This document shows positions 51,426-62,281 of a stretch of DNA of 64,000 bases, piece by piece. Position numbers and translations under genes: made by a program. Every line of letters begins with the position of its first letter. Position 1 is the first letter of the stretch. The notes under the pieces were generated by a model. The model saw only the letters and a list, made by a program, of their open reading frames with translations. It was not told the origin of the DNA and made no database searches. This stretch comes from a bacterium. Lineage in GTDB: Bacteria; Zhuqueibacterota; Zhuqueibacteria; Residuimicrobiales; Krinioviventaceae. The DNA is taken from positions 416,001-480,000 of the forward strand of contig CAXXMD010000002.1 in NCBI GenBank assembly GCA_963675755.2, read 5' to 3'.

Positions 51426-52127
51426 TTAATTTTTGAAATGATATTTGACAATACACCATATAGCCCATATACCATCTCTCCAGGATATTTTTTTCCCGGA
51501 ATTATATGTTCGTGGTTGATATGATATATCTACTTCAACAATTCGAATCCCCGGTATTTTTGATAGTTTTGCTGTGATCTCGGGTTCAAAACCAAATCGA
51601 TTTTCCTGTATTGTTGTTTGTTTCATGTAATCATTTTTAACAAGTTTGTAGCAAGTTTCCATATCTGACAAATGATTGCCTGTAAACAAGTTTGAAAGAA
51701 TAGTTAAAAATCGATTTGCAAAAAAATGCAATGTACATTTGTTTTGTTTTCTATTTTTAGAAAACCTTGAACCATATACAATATCTGCCGTGTTATCAAG
51801 TATAGGTTCAAGTAAAATGTTGAATTCATCTGGATTATATTCAAGATCGGCATCTTGTAGAATAAAATAATCCCCTGTTACTGCTTTTATTCCTGTTTGT
51901 ATTGCTGCACCTTTACCCCGATTGATTTCGTGGGAGAGAAGTACAAGATCATGATTTTTATATTGCTGTAAAAGTTCTTTTGTATTATCAGTTGATCCAT
52001 CATCAATAACTATTATTTCAAGTTCTATACCACCTAAAAGTTTGGTAGCAGCCACTTTGTCAATGATTTGGATTAATGTATTGCCTTCATTATATGTCGG
52101 AATAATTACTGATAATTTTTTTATCAT
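51426..52127 (-). CDS. GT2 glycosyltransferase (polyprenol-phosphate glycosyltransferase/DPM1-like)
   Basis: IIPTYNE, DDGSTD, NRGKGAA, QDADLEY, VYGSRF, DMETCYK. Confidence 0.9.
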   Translation of the reverse strand: MIKKLSVIIPTYNEGNTLIQIIDKVAATKLLGGIELEIIVIDDGSTDNTKELLQQYKNHDLVLLSHEINRGKGAAIQTGIKAVTGDYFILQDADLEYNPDEFNILLEPILDNTADIVYGSRFSKNRKQNKCTLHFFANRFLTILSNLFTGNHLSDMETCYKLVKNDYMKQTTIQENRFGFEPEITAKLSKIPGIRIVEVDISYQPRTYNSGKKISWRDGIWAIWCIVKYHFKN

Positions 52128-52223
52128 TACTATTTGTTCCGTTTATCAGGAAGCACAAATATTTATATTGTGACTAAAACTATTTAAAGTTTTTTTTATG
52201 AAACAATAATAACTTGATCAGGA

Positions 52224-54080
52224 TCAATGATCTCTTGAATATTCTGCTGCTTGAATATTTCTTTGGGCTTGTTCATTGCCCGGTTCAAGCCTCAAAAAGT
52301 CATTCCAAATTTTTATTGCACTATCATACTCTTTTAGATGATAATACGATAATCCTAGATTCATTAATGCTTGTTTATTGCCCGGTTCAAGCTCTATGGA
52401 TTTTGCAAGATAACGGTTAGCCCTTTGGTATTGCTTGCGCATTAACAAGAGGCTGCCCAAATTACGGAGTGCATCCGGACGGTCAGGTTCTAATTGAATA
52501 ACTTTATTAAAAGCTTCATAAGCATCGTCATAGTTTTTCATTTTGAGATTTGCAACACCCAGATTATAGAACGCATTTGCGTTGCCCGGATTTTGATAAA
52601 CTGCCTGTTTTCCCCAAAAGACAGAACGTTCCGGATTCCCTTCTATGAGATATGATAAAGCAAGATTATAATATTCGTTTGAATCCGTAAAAGCCCGTAA
52701 TTGATAATTAGTAAATGAGATTTGACCAGCAAATAGAAATATCAAAACAACAAACAATATAATATGTTTTTTGGTGAGTTTATTATATACATCAAGTAAA
52801 CTCCATAATCCAACAGAAGCTAATATTATCAGAAAAGGCATTGCAACCATTCGATAACGTGAAGCCATAAAGAATATTATAATACTCAGAAAAATGGCAA
52901 GAATAATAGCAAACATTAACCAATATTTTTTCCACTGTGGTGCAAGAACAATTATACCAATAATTGCAAATGGCATGTAAAACACCAGGTTGAAAATAGG
53001 TATCTTTAACATTGGAGTTTGTTTTTGATGGAAATAATAATTGTAATTCAAGGGGGTTTCATAAGAAGACCAGAAAAGAGCAGTCTTTTTGAGCATCAAT
53101 GTTGACCATTTTATTGGATGATGTAGTATAAAAGAAAATGATTTTTTGTACCAGAACAAAGATACCTGATTTAATGTCAATTCTTTACCAGACTCTGCTT
53201 CAGCAAATTGTTTAGATTGCTCTAGATTAATTGCGCTAACACTTGCATCGAGTCCTTCCGGTGCCTCCCAGGCACCACTTGCATTTTCATGATTCCCAAT
53301 ATAAAAGTTGATACCACCATGTGTTGTAAGTATGGAAAAAGAATCTCCCGCTATTTTATTATGTATTCCAGTTAATAAAAGGGGTATAACCAAACCTATA
53401 AATAATAGCAAAGAGGGGAGAGCCGCTTTTTTTATATTATCTCTTTCAGAGAGATAATAATATATAAATGGAATAGGTACTAACAATAACAGGTTGGGTC
53501 TGCTGGTGATTGCAAGAGCAAGTGTTAAACCTGATAAAAATGAAATGAAAAGAGAAAAACGATTTTTCCCGATATTTAATAAAAGGTAAATACTGCTTAC
53601 TGTTAAAAAAGTAGCCATTGATGTACCCACAAGATTACTCTCGTAAAACATGAACGGCATGTAAACTGCAGCGAGGATACCAGCAAGAACACTTTTTCTT
53701 TTATCAAAATATTTTGCTGCTATACCATATGTCATCAATGCTGTTAGAACACCAGCTGTAAACTGTATAACTCGAATAATATTTATATAATAACCAAAGA
53801 TAGTATAGATTAAGGCAAGAAAATAAATATAAAACGGAGAAATATAAAAGGGTTGATCAAGTATAATACTTTTGTCTATGACGCTGTTTGCCAATTTGTT
53901 AAACAGTGCCGAGTCATGAATCAATCTTCCATATACCGGATTTGTGTCCTGAAATTGAAAAAAGTATATGACTCTGAATATTATTGCAACAGCCAGGATT
54001 ACCAAACTCCAGGGTATATTGAGTTTGGGTTTTTTAACTTCAACGCCTTTAGATTTTTGTTGTAGGTTCTTTTTGCTCAT
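52224..54080 (-). CDS. GT-C (PMT/ArnT-like) membrane glycosyltransferase with C-terminal TPR repeats
   Basis: Multi-TM N-region (PFYIYFLA, RPN, GGINFYIGN, RYR) followed by 34-aa TPR units. Confidence 0.78.
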   Translation of the reverse strand: MSKKNLQQKSKGVEVKKPKLNIPWSLVILAVAIIFRVIYFFQFQDTNPVYGRLIHDSALFNKLANSVIDKSIILDQPFYISPFYIYFLALIYTIFGYYINIIRVIQFTAGVLTALMTYGIAAKYFDKRKSVLAGILAAVYMPFMFYESNLVGTSMATFLTVSSIYLLLNIGKNRFSLFISFLSGLTLALAITSRPNLLLLVPIPFIYYYLSERDNIKKAALPSLLLFIGLVIPLLLTGIHNKIAGDSFSILTTHGGINFYIGNHENASGAWEAPEGLDASVSAINLEQSKQFAEAESGKELTLNQVSLFWYKKSFSFILHHPIKWSTLMLKKTALFWSSYETPLNYNYYFHQKQTPMLKIPIFNLVFYMPFAIIGIIVLAPQWKKYWLMFAIILAIFLSIIIFFMASRYRMVAMPFLIILASVGLWSLLDVYNKLTKKHIILFVVLIFLFAGQISFTNYQLRAFTDSNEYYNLALSYLIEGNPERSVFWGKQAVYQNPGNANAFYNLGVANLKMKNYDDAYEAFNKVIQLEPDRPDALRNLGSLLLMRKQYQRANRYLAKSIELEPGNKQALMNLGLSYYHLKEYDSAIKIWNDFLRLEPGNEQAQRNIQAAEYSRDH

Positions 54081-54168
54081 TACCGTTGTTACTCCGTTGT
54101 ATATTCATTTTATCAGCTAAAAATACAAAGGCTAAAATGTTAATTCAAGAACAATTTGCATTTTTGAT

Positions 54169-54206
54169 AAAAAAAAAACGGGTTGGTTTAAACCAACCCG
54201 TTTTTT
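54169..54206. terminator. Intrinsic terminator ending the second receptor cassette
   Basis: A-run, CGGGTTGG/CCAACCCG stem, T-run. Confidence 0.85.
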
Positions 54207-54218
54207 AGGGTAATTGGG

Positions 54219-55292
54219 TTAAAAATCCATGCTAAGAGAATAAACATGGACAGCATCAAACAAGGTATCACCAGTATCCTTGTAAGCATAATCCAGACGG
54301 AAATCGCCTTGTGGCAGATTCAAATTGAAACCTGCACCCAGAGTCAAACCTTCTGAAGAATAATTGAATTTATAACCAGCGCGAACATATAACATTTTGT
54401 TCAAAGAATATTCCAAACCGGTATTGAGTTGTTCACTCCAATCATGAGGATGTAAATAATCAATATTTACTCTCAGATCCATACCTTCTTTTTCTTTGTT
54501 CAAAAGTTCAAAAACGCTGGCTGTAGTAGCAATGCGAAAAGTAAGAGGCAAGTCATATGATTCAGCTTCATATTTGACTTCCTGACCAAAGTTACGGATA
54601 CTCATCGCAATTGTCAGATTACGGAAACCAGTATTATACATGGTACCGATATCAAAAGCGATTACACCCTTGTTTGCTTCATGGCTTTCCTGAATCCAGC
54701 CATCAGCTGTTTCGTAAGCAATACGGGTGGAAACGCCGGTACCACCTAAAAGATCCTGGTATGCATATTTGAATTGAGCACCAATAGCAAATTGAGATGA
54801 AATTTGGCGCGCATATCCTACACCCAGAACATATTCAGAGGGTTCCAGAGTACCGATATCATTATAACCTGATTCGTTTGTTGCAATCTCTGTAGCTTGA
54901 ATAGGATCGCCATAATCAAAAAACATTGCACTAACACCAAATGTACCAATGTTTTTAAAAGTCATAGCTGCTGCACCATAGTTCATTTTAGTGTCCATGA
55001 TCCAACTGTTGCTACCCAACATAACAGAGTATTTATCTACAAATGCCAAACCAGCCGGGTTGTAAAAGAGAGCAGAGGCATCGCGTACTTCTGCTGCGCC
55101 TGCATCTCCCATTGCCATCATTCTACCACCAGCACCGGCAGCTAAAAACGGCATGGCTGCTTGACCTGCTCGTTGCCATCCTTCCAAGTCATCAATTCTA
55201 CCTGCTCCATATTGTTCTTGTTGTGCGAAACTCGGAACAGATAGGGTCAGAAGCAATGTAAGAACAAGCGAAAACTGAATAAAAGTCTTCAT
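54219..55292 (-). CDS. PorV/PorQ-family outer-membrane beta-barrel
   Basis: PFLAAGAGGRMMAMGDA, FYNPAG, LPLTFR, RAGY, DYAY, terminal F. Start MKTF after AGGAG. Confidence 0.85.
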   Translation of the reverse strand: MKTFIQFSLVLTLLLTLSVPSFAQQEQYGAGRIDDLEGWQRAGQAAMPFLAAGAGGRMMAMGDAGAAEVRDASALFYNPAGLAFVDKYSVMLGSNSWIMDTKMNYGAAAMTFKNIGTFGVSAMFFDYGDPIQATEIATNESGYNDIGTLEPSEYVLGVGYARQISSQFAIGAQFKYAYQDLLGGTGVSTRIAYETADGWIQESHEANKGVIAFDIGTMYNTGFRNLTIAMSIRNFGQEVKYEAESYDLPLTFRIATTASVFELLNKEKEGMDLRVNIDYLHPHDWSEQLNTGLEYSLNKMLYVRAGYKFNYSSEGLTLGAGFNLNLPQGDFRLDYAYKDTGDTLFDAVHVYSLSMDF

Positions 55293-55345
55293 TGTTCGTC
55301 TCCTATTAAATTGTATTGATATCTTATTCATTCGTTAATCCTTAA

Positions 55346-57466
55346 TTATCGAATGATTACCAATTTACCTTTCGCAATTTCGCCTTCAAGCGGCCCTGCG
55401 GTAACTTCGATGGTGTAGAAATAAACACCTGAAGCTGGGAATACATTATAATCCGTAATAATTGGGGACCAGCGTTCATCACCTGAACCACTCGTGTGAT
55501 TCAAAGTTTTTATTCTTGCACCCATTGAATTATAAACATTAATCTCGCATTGTTCAGGCAAATTTACGAACAAAACAGTATTCTGTTCCCGAATTCCGCC
55601 ATCATAATTAAAGCCGGTAGAATTATGAGGTGAAGATTCCTGATAAGTATACCCTTTAACGTTGATGGGATTTGGTACAACACGTACTTTATCTGCCCAG
55701 TCACCTGTTGTTTCAGGAGCTCTGAACGGAATAACTTCTTTATTGATCCGGGTAAAGAAAGGATTACTTTCCAAACCATTTGCATCAACAGAAACTATAT
55801 TGTAAAAATAGCTGTTACCACGAACAAGGCCGGTATCTTCAAATGATGTTTCAGTTGTTTCTTTTTGCAAGTCATATACACGAGCATTATCGATACCACC
55901 AACTGCACGGTAAACACGATACTTGGCTGCACCAGATACTGCATCCCAGGTAATAGTTGCTGTTTCAGGACCAGAGGTCATAGCAATATTTGTGGGTGGA
56001 TCAGGAAGCTGTGGTGCTGCAAGGTTCTGTTCCAGATACAGTTTTTTAGCCAGTTCGAATTTTGCAAAAAGATCATCGCGACCGGTTTCATAGACCTCTT
56101 TTTTGGCATCAGCCAGAGACATAGTACCGTCTTTTACAGCTTTACCCAATTCAATGGCTCTTGCTTCAGATATAGAACCAACGGCATAGGCAACAACAAC
56201 TTTGATTTCGTCATTAGCTGCCATGCTTAAAGGTCCAATACCAAACATGGGATCATAGTTGGGTTGACCTTCTGCAAGTACCTGATAAGGATCTGCTGAA
56301 AAGCCTTCCATATACATGGCATTGCCATCAGCGCCTGTCATCAGGTTCCAGGCTTGAGTCATGTCATCACCATTAACTGGTGATTTAACATTTTTGTATA
56401 ATTGATACCGAAAAGTAGCAGGTTGTGATGGATCATCACCGCCACCGGGGGTTGACTCTACTACAATAAAGCACATACCGCAAACTTCCGGAGCCATAAA
56501 TTCACCGGTTGGGTTTTCAGCAGTAAAGTTTGGACCACCACGGGGATCAAATTGATCATCACCATTTATGTCTGCTGCATCACCATCCCATGTCCAGAAA
56601 TAACGAGTTTCCGGATCATATTCCAGTAGCCAGTCAACTTCACCATTGTACTCGAGGTCGTCATCACCAAATTCAGACCAGTCATAGGGGGGAGCAATCA
56701 GGTTACGTGCACCCAACCACAAATCACTAAAAGTCTGACCTTCTTTTTCAAGACCATCCAATTGAAAATTACATTCACCGCTGTTTTTGATAGTTTGTTC
56801 ATAAATCAAAATGCGTTTGTAATCAGGATGTGACCATGCATAAAGATTATTGTGGAACTCGATACCAATTGGATCACTCCAATCAGCAACAACTTTAGCA
56901 TCAGTTTCCAGATCTGCGTCAACTGTCCAGTCATTACCAAAAGGATTGAAAGCGACTGGTAATTGAGTAGTTCCATCAACAGAGATTGCAGGCATATCAA
57001 CACGGTTGTAAAGTACAGGTGTTGAATATTTGGGTGTGTTAACCAGAGAGCTTAATGTTACAGGACCATTGTCATTTACAAAAATGTCATACAATTTACC
57101 TGCTTCATAAACAGCTTCAGCACCATCCGGACCCCATTGGCCGGTAGCGGGGGCTTGCCAGTTTGTGGCACCAACCCACCATCCAAAGTGACCAGTAATG
57201 GGTTTTCCATTACCAGATGTATGGCCTTCACTGTTAATATCAGCACCATGATAACCAATATCAGATGCATAATTGGGCCATGGCTCCCAGTTTTGCCAAA
57301 GATTCGGGTGAATTTGTCCATTAGAAGTGATACCTGATACCCAGGAAGCACCTCCGGCATCTATCGCCCAAGTCAGTTCTCCTACAAGAGCATATCTTTG
57401 AACCTGTGCGTTTGCCATGGTGGCAAATAACATCACAGATAGTAGTATAATTAAAAGCTTTTTCAC
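55346..57466 (-). CDS. Large secreted protein with Fn3 domain and T9SS-like C-terminal domain (receptor partner)
   Basis: Signal peptide from GTG 57466; ITWDAVSGAAKYRVYR Fn3; VVPNP...ASGVYFY...KLVIIR tail. Confidence 0.75.
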   Translation of the reverse strand: MKKLLIILLSVMLFATMANAQVQRYALVGELTWAIDAGGASWVSGITSNGQIHPNLWQNWEPWPNYASDIGYHGADINSEGHTSGNGKPITGHFGWWVGATNWQAPATGQWGPDGAEAVYEAGKLYDIFVNDNGPVTLSSLVNTPKYSTPVLYNRVDMPAISVDGTTQLPVAFNPFGNDWTVDADLETDAKVVADWSDPIGIEFHNNLYAWSHPDYKRILIYEQTIKNSGECNFQLDGLEKEGQTFSDLWLGARNLIAPPYDWSEFGDDDLEYNGEVDWLLEYDPETRYFWTWDGDAADINGDDQFDPRGGPNFTAENPTGEFMAPEVCGMCFIVVESTPGGGDDPSQPATFRYQLYKNVKSPVNGDDMTQAWNLMTGADGNAMYMEGFSADPYQVLAEGQPNYDPMFGIGPLSMAANDEIKVVVAYAVGSISEARAIELGKAVKDGTMSLADAKKEVYETGRDDLFAKFELAKKLYLEQNLAAPQLPDPPTNIAMTSGPETATITWDAVSGAAKYRVYRAVGGIDNARVYDLQKETTETSFEDTGLVRGNSYFYNIVSVDANGLESNPFFTRINKEVIPFRAPETTGDWADKVRVVPNPINVKGYTYQESSPHNSTGFNYDGGIREQNTVLFVNLPEQCEINVYNSMGARIKTLNHTSGSGDERWSPIITDYNVFPASGVYFYTIEVTAGPLEGEIAKGKLVIIR

Positions 57467-57529
57467 AGCTTTATCCTCCAATTTATTGATTTAGTTATTA
57501 TTAAGAAATACATGTATCTTGTACGACTA

Positions 57530-60500
57530 TTAGAAATATAGTCTTAAACCAAACCAATAATCACGTGGAACATCCCAGAAATAATAGAGGCGTTGAACCA
57601 TATTTTCAATACCATCAACTTCTTCACCAAAATCTTTGCCTTCTGCTTCAAGAGCTGCATAGTATTGTTTTTCCAGGTCACTGGCATCACCATTATTTGC
57701 ACGGGAAACAAGACGATCAAAGCGTACACGATTGCTGCTCCAGTCCATATACTGATTCAAGTTTTTAACATTGAAAAAGTTGGTGATATCCATAAATGCT
57801 CCGGCTGATATACCGGCAAATTGAAACCGTTTTTCCAAATGTAAATCGGTCCGGTTGTAGGATTTAACTCTACCGCTAAAAACACCTTGCAGTCTCTGTG
57901 ATCCATCCGGGTTCCAAATATAAGAGCGACCTTGACGGTAGTAATGAGACAAGGACAAGTCCCACCAACCCAATAACTTGGAATCGCCAAATACTGGACC
58001 AGGACCCCAATCAGCAGGGGTATGGAAAGCCAGGTTCAGTTTTACTTTCCAAGATCCAGGTTGCTGTGTATCACTCACATAAGTACTGCCGAGAACACGC
58101 AAATAGTCGGTCATAGTTGGATCAGAAGCAAATTCTGAAGATTCCGGATGATAGAGGTTGCTCCATCCGTAACGATATTGTTTTTCAATAGAATAGTCTG
58201 CATTCAAGAAACCAGTGATATAGGTTCCGTAACGTTTTTCAACATTCATTTCAAAACCTTTGATATCTCTGGCGCGGCTGTTCCATTCATAAGAAGGACC
58301 ACCATCTCTACCACGCATACTACCTTCATCAACATCCTGGGTAACATCTTTGTAATATGCTGAAACATTGGCAACATAGTTACCATATAGACGTTGTTCC
58401 CAACCTGCTTCAAATTGAACAGTCTTGGGAAGCAGTAACCATGGATTACCCATTTCTTCAACAGGTTCATCATAACCAACCTGCCAGCGATACAGATAAT
58501 CATTGGTAACCGTATCATAGAAATGGCCATAGTTGAAATAGATTTTACTTTCAGGACCAACAGGGTGAGATATACCTAAACGAGGGCTCAGGTACCATTG
58601 CATATCAGGATGTACATCCGGTTCTAAACCATAATAGTTTTCATAGCCGGAAGAAAATGCATTATCACCATAACGCATCCAGTGCTGGTTCCACAATGAC
58701 GGAGTGCGAGGGAAGAACAAGTCATTACGATCAAACCAGTCATGATTCGGTTGTACAACATCCATACGAAGACCAAGGTTCAAGATCATACCACCATATT
58801 CCATCTTGTCCTGAACATAGGCAGCACCCTGCCAAGACAGTGTATGAACATCGTGCCAGTTTGCCTGGTCACCAGGAGAACCATCATCGTCGGTACCCCA
58901 AACGCCATCAGCGCCATTACGATAATCTTCATTAATAATAAACAAATAGTTCTGGGTGTAACCGGTACGTTCCAGAACATCTTTGTACAGATATTCAACA
59001 CCAGCTTTGAACTGATGGTTTGCATTAACCTGGCTTGTAATATCATAATTAAATTGGAATGTCTGGGTCTGGCTCATGTCCATTGAACGTTCACCACGAA
59101 GTCCATACAAACCAAGAATATCAGAAGACAAACCTTGTTGGTATGCCCAACCTTTGGGAGATTCATCCAGCCAGATGTTATCATTGATCTGATAAACATC
59201 ACCAAGCGTACGAAGACGAACATTACCCAATTGCTGGTAATCTGCATTGGCATAAGTTAATTTAACATCATAGTAAGTACTTGGATTCAAGGTATGGGTA
59301 AAAGTAGCATTAGCAACTGTTGAATAGATACCCTTGGGAACCAAGCCTGAATCTCTGTTGTATGTAGAGTTGTTACCATTAATTGTACTCTGAACACCTT
59401 CTGACAGTAAACCCTGGGTACCTTCACGTGGTTCAGGATCACCGTTTTCAAAAGTTTTCAGATCAGTGTACAAGCCATTGGCAACAAGTTTCATATCAGG
59501 ATTGATCTGATAGATCAATTTACCTTGAGTGGTATTCCATCCATAAACACCACCGGTAGAGGTGGGATAAGCATACATGGAATTTTCACGAATGTGAGAT
59601 AAAACAAAGGAAAGTTTGTTGTTGGTAAAAGGAACAGGGCCGCCAAAAGAAAAGTCACCAATCCAGTCACTTTGGTATCCATAATGGTTAAAAGCTTCAT
59701 CGTGTACAGATGGCAAATTATACATATCATCAACAGTACCAATTACTTCACCGTCGTATAATACATTACCATCAGCATCTTCTGAACGATGCTGCCATTG
59801 CCAGATTTTAAATGCTTCTTCAGCGGTTACATCTTGACCATTAAATTGATTGCTTGCAGCCCAAGAAGTCCAACCTTCAAAATCAGCTGCACCGTCGCCA
59901 TCTTTATCAGCAGAAGGTGCGCCGCCATTCCAGTCATAACGACCATATTCCCACCAGTTGTTATTGGAGAAAATATAAGGACCGAAATGTTTCAAGCCTG
60001 GAAAATCAGAATCATCGCCGCCCATTAATGGACTGACACGGGTTTCCATATTGAAAAAGTACTTTTGTTGTGGTGTTTTGCTTACAATATTGACAATACC
60101 AGCGCGGGCATTACCAAATTCAGCATTAAAACCACCGGTCAGCAACTGAACTTCCTGGATAGCAGTGGTAGAAACCATGCTCATACCCTGATCCATACGT
60201 TCATTACGAAGACTGACACCATCCAGATAGTAACCGATTTCTTTATAGTTACTACCACGAATTTCAATACCTTTTTCACCCTGATCAACACCAGCCTGGC
60301 TAACCAGGGCATTGTCAAGGTGCATTGAAGCAGGAACAGCTTCCATTTTATCAGCACTCATATTGTTCTGACTAAAAGAAACGTCCTGACGAATAATTTC
60401 ACGGTCTGCGGTAACCGTTACTTCTTCACCTGTTATTGATTCCTGATCAATAGCAAAATCAACTCTTGAAGTGCGGTCAATTTGTACTAGAACATTTTCA

Positions 60501-60769
60501 ATAACTTTTGAAGTATACCCAATAAAAGTAACACGCAGTTGATACGTTCCCGGTGGTACGTTAATAATAAAGTAATTACCATCGATATCGGTTGCTCCAC
60601 CCATCGATGTACCTTCAATAACAACGTTTGCACCAGGAAGTGGTTCACCAGTGCTATTATCTTTTACGACACCTGCGACTTTACCGGTTGTGGCAGAAAA
60701 GCCGATTTGTGTCAATAATAGGAGAGCAATGAGAATCCACACTGGTTTAAAATCAACATACTTGAACAT
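57530..60769 (-). CDS. TonB-dependent outer-membrane receptor
   Basis: ATTGKVAG N-domain, IRGS plug, GGFNAEFGNA, SPRLGISHP, terminal F. Confidence 0.88.
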   Translation of the reverse strand: MFKYVDFKPVWILIALLLLTQIGFSATTGKVAGVVKDNSTGEPLPGANVVIEGTSMGGATDIDGNYFIINVPPGTYQLRVTFIGYTSKVIENVLVQIDRTSRVDFAIDQESITGEEVTVTADREIIRQDVSFSQNNMSADKMEAVPASMHLDNALVSQAGVDQGEKGIEIRGSNYKEIGYYLDGVSLRNERMDQGMSMVSTTAIQEVQLLTGGFNAEFGNARAGIVNIVSKTPQQKYFFNMETRVSPLMGGDDSDFPGLKHFGPYIFSNNNWWEYGRYDWNGGAPSADKDGDGAADFEGWTSWAASNQFNGQDVTAEEAFKIWQWQHRSEDADGNVLYDGEVIGTVDDMYNLPSVHDEAFNHYGYQSDWIGDFSFGGPVPFTNNKLSFVLSHIRENSMYAYPTSTGGVYGWNTTQGKLIYQINPDMKLVANGLYTDLKTFENGDPEPREGTQGLLSEGVQSTINGNNSTYNRDSGLVPKGIYSTVANATFTHTLNPSTYYDVKLTYANADYQQLGNVRLRTLGDVYQINDNIWLDESPKGWAYQQGLSSDILGLYGLRGERSMDMSQTQTFQFNYDITSQVNANHQFKAGVEYLYKDVLERTGYTQNYLFIINEDYRNGADGVWGTDDDGSPGDQANWHDVHTLSWQGAAYVQDKMEYGGMILNLGLRMDVVQPNHDWFDRNDLFFPRTPSLWNQHWMRYGDNAFSSGYENYYGLEPDVHPDMQWYLSPRLGISHPVGPESKIYFNYGHFYDTVTNDYLYRWQVGYDEPVEEMGNPWLLLPKTVQFEAGWEQRLYGNYVANVSAYYKDVTQDVDEGSMRGRDGGPSYEWNSRARDIKGFEMNVEKRYGTYITGFLNADYSIEKQYRYGWSNLYHPESSEFASDPTMTDYLRVLGSTYVSDTQQPGSWKVKLNLAFHTPADWGPGPVFGDSKLLGWWDLSLSHYYRQGRSYIWNPDGSQRLQGVFSGRVKSYNRTDLHLEKRFQFAGISAGAFMDITNFFNVKNLNQYMDWSSNRVRFDRLVSRANNGDASDLEKQYYAALEAEGKDFGEEVDGIENMVQRLYYFWDVPRDYWFGLRLYF

Positions 60770-61448
60770 TGATTTTCCTCCTTCATCCAATTAAAAGTTT
60801 ATCCAATTTTTGTGGGTAAATTGGCTTAAAAACTCTTTACAACAACAAAATGTCTGGCATCACTCCTTTCGTTAGATTTATAAATTACAGATTTAGTGGT
60901 TTCGTTTTGATTTTAATAATAAACATAAAAAATTAATATGAAGCATTACGACCATTGATATACAATATGATAACAATGAAAATCTCGAAAGATTTCAGCT
61001 TTTCATTAATTCAAACCACTTTTTATTGTATGAAAAGTTATAAAGAGGGAAGATAGGCGGGTATGAAAAATCATTAAATGATTTTCCTCCTTCAACCTGC
61101 TCAATCACCCTGGAATTTATAACATATCATCATTCAATCTCTGTTCTTTTTCACTCCTTTCTTTCTGATTATAAATTAAACGTTTAAGTTTACTATATAT
61201 TAGAAATAATTAATAAATCTTTTATAAAAATAAAGGTAATGAAAGATGACAGATTTTGAATTTAATGATTGAACTCTTGATACGAATATCATGGGAATAA
61301 GAGTCTTGTGATAAAACTACAAGAGTTTTAAAGGGATTTTTCCGCAGGGAGAAATTCAGGTAATTTGTAATAACAGGGTTGTGAAACATAAAAATCATAT
61401 TTTCCTTTTCCCAAAAGTTTCACGATTTTGTTTTCTTTACCTCGTTAT

Positions 61449-61477
61449 ATTGTAGCTTAAATAAATTATAAAGTCAA
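61449..61477 (-). promoter_or_regulatory. Sigma70 promoter TTGACT-N17-TACAAT
   Basis: Near-consensus boxes on the minus strand ~680 nt upstream of the receptor start. Confidence 0.6.
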
Positions 61478-62054
61478 GAGATATTTTTACATTTTTAATA
61501 CATTTGTTAACTTGATTTTAAATTGCAATAAAATTTGTTAAAAGATTTTTTAACAAATTGTTCACTTTTAAAATTTTCATTTTTAATTTAGATCTATAAA
61601 AAAATCTATTTATTTTATTGATAATATTGAGATTACTTATTGTTATATTTTTTACAATTCCAATTAAATTTTCAAACCAATTTATTATTAAAAATGACAA
61701 AAAATATTGTCAAAGCACTTTGTAAACAAATGTAATGGTGATTTTAAGTATTTTGGGTCTAATAAATAAATAATCCGAATATATTGATATTAAAAATTTC
61801 GAGTTGTATGGAGAATTGGATGGAATTTATTAGACTTTTTTCTGACTTGAAAAATTATTTCAAAATTAAATCGGATTTTAACACTTTATTTACCATGGAA
61901 GTTTATTCCTGCAGGTAAGATTTTTCTTGAATAAATTCTCACATTGAGAATTATAATCAGGATTTAATCCTCTGGAGGTACTAATTTTAGTTGCATTTTT
62001 CGAATAGTCGCTTGTAAATAATTATATTAATTTTTGTAATATTATTTCATTAAA

Positions 62055-62179
62055 AAATTTGATTGTCCAGACTTTAGTAGTAAGAGTATTTTGAGAAAGT
62101 AATCAAGTCTCTTGATTAGAGGTATATCCATTTTTAATCTTGTTAAATTTTTCAGAAAATAAGTGTAGACTGTAAACTT
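62055..62179 (-). pseudogene. Decayed 5' half of a third GIY-YIG nuclease copy
   Basis: Aligns with the 5' half of 62282-62539 (K-FTVY/LFSEKFNKIKNGYTSNQET*LLSQNTLTTKVWTIKF). ATG changed to AAG, 1-nt deletion, internal TGA, 3' half missing. Confidence 0.85.
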
Positions 62180-62281
62180 AGCGTGACCCCAAAATAAAAA
62201 AGGTCCATCAAATGATGATCCTTTTTTTTAGTAGCGGGGGGCGGATTTGAACCGCTGTTCGCCAACTGGCGGATATGAGCT

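Noticed and set aside
52271-52392. Direct DNA repeat TTGCCCGGTTCAAGC 102 bp apart, and ORF 52214-52420
   Set aside because: Explained by the 34-aa TPR periodicity of the minus-strand gene.
60770-61450. Cobalamin or TPP riboswitch upstream of the TonB receptor
   Set aside because: I could not find the B12-box or TPP core motifs by eye; a covariance-model search is needed for a firm exclusion.
61518-61700. 60-aa ORF in the AT-rich intergenic region
   Set aside because: I/N/K/L-biased composition expected from very AT-rich DNA; no RBS.
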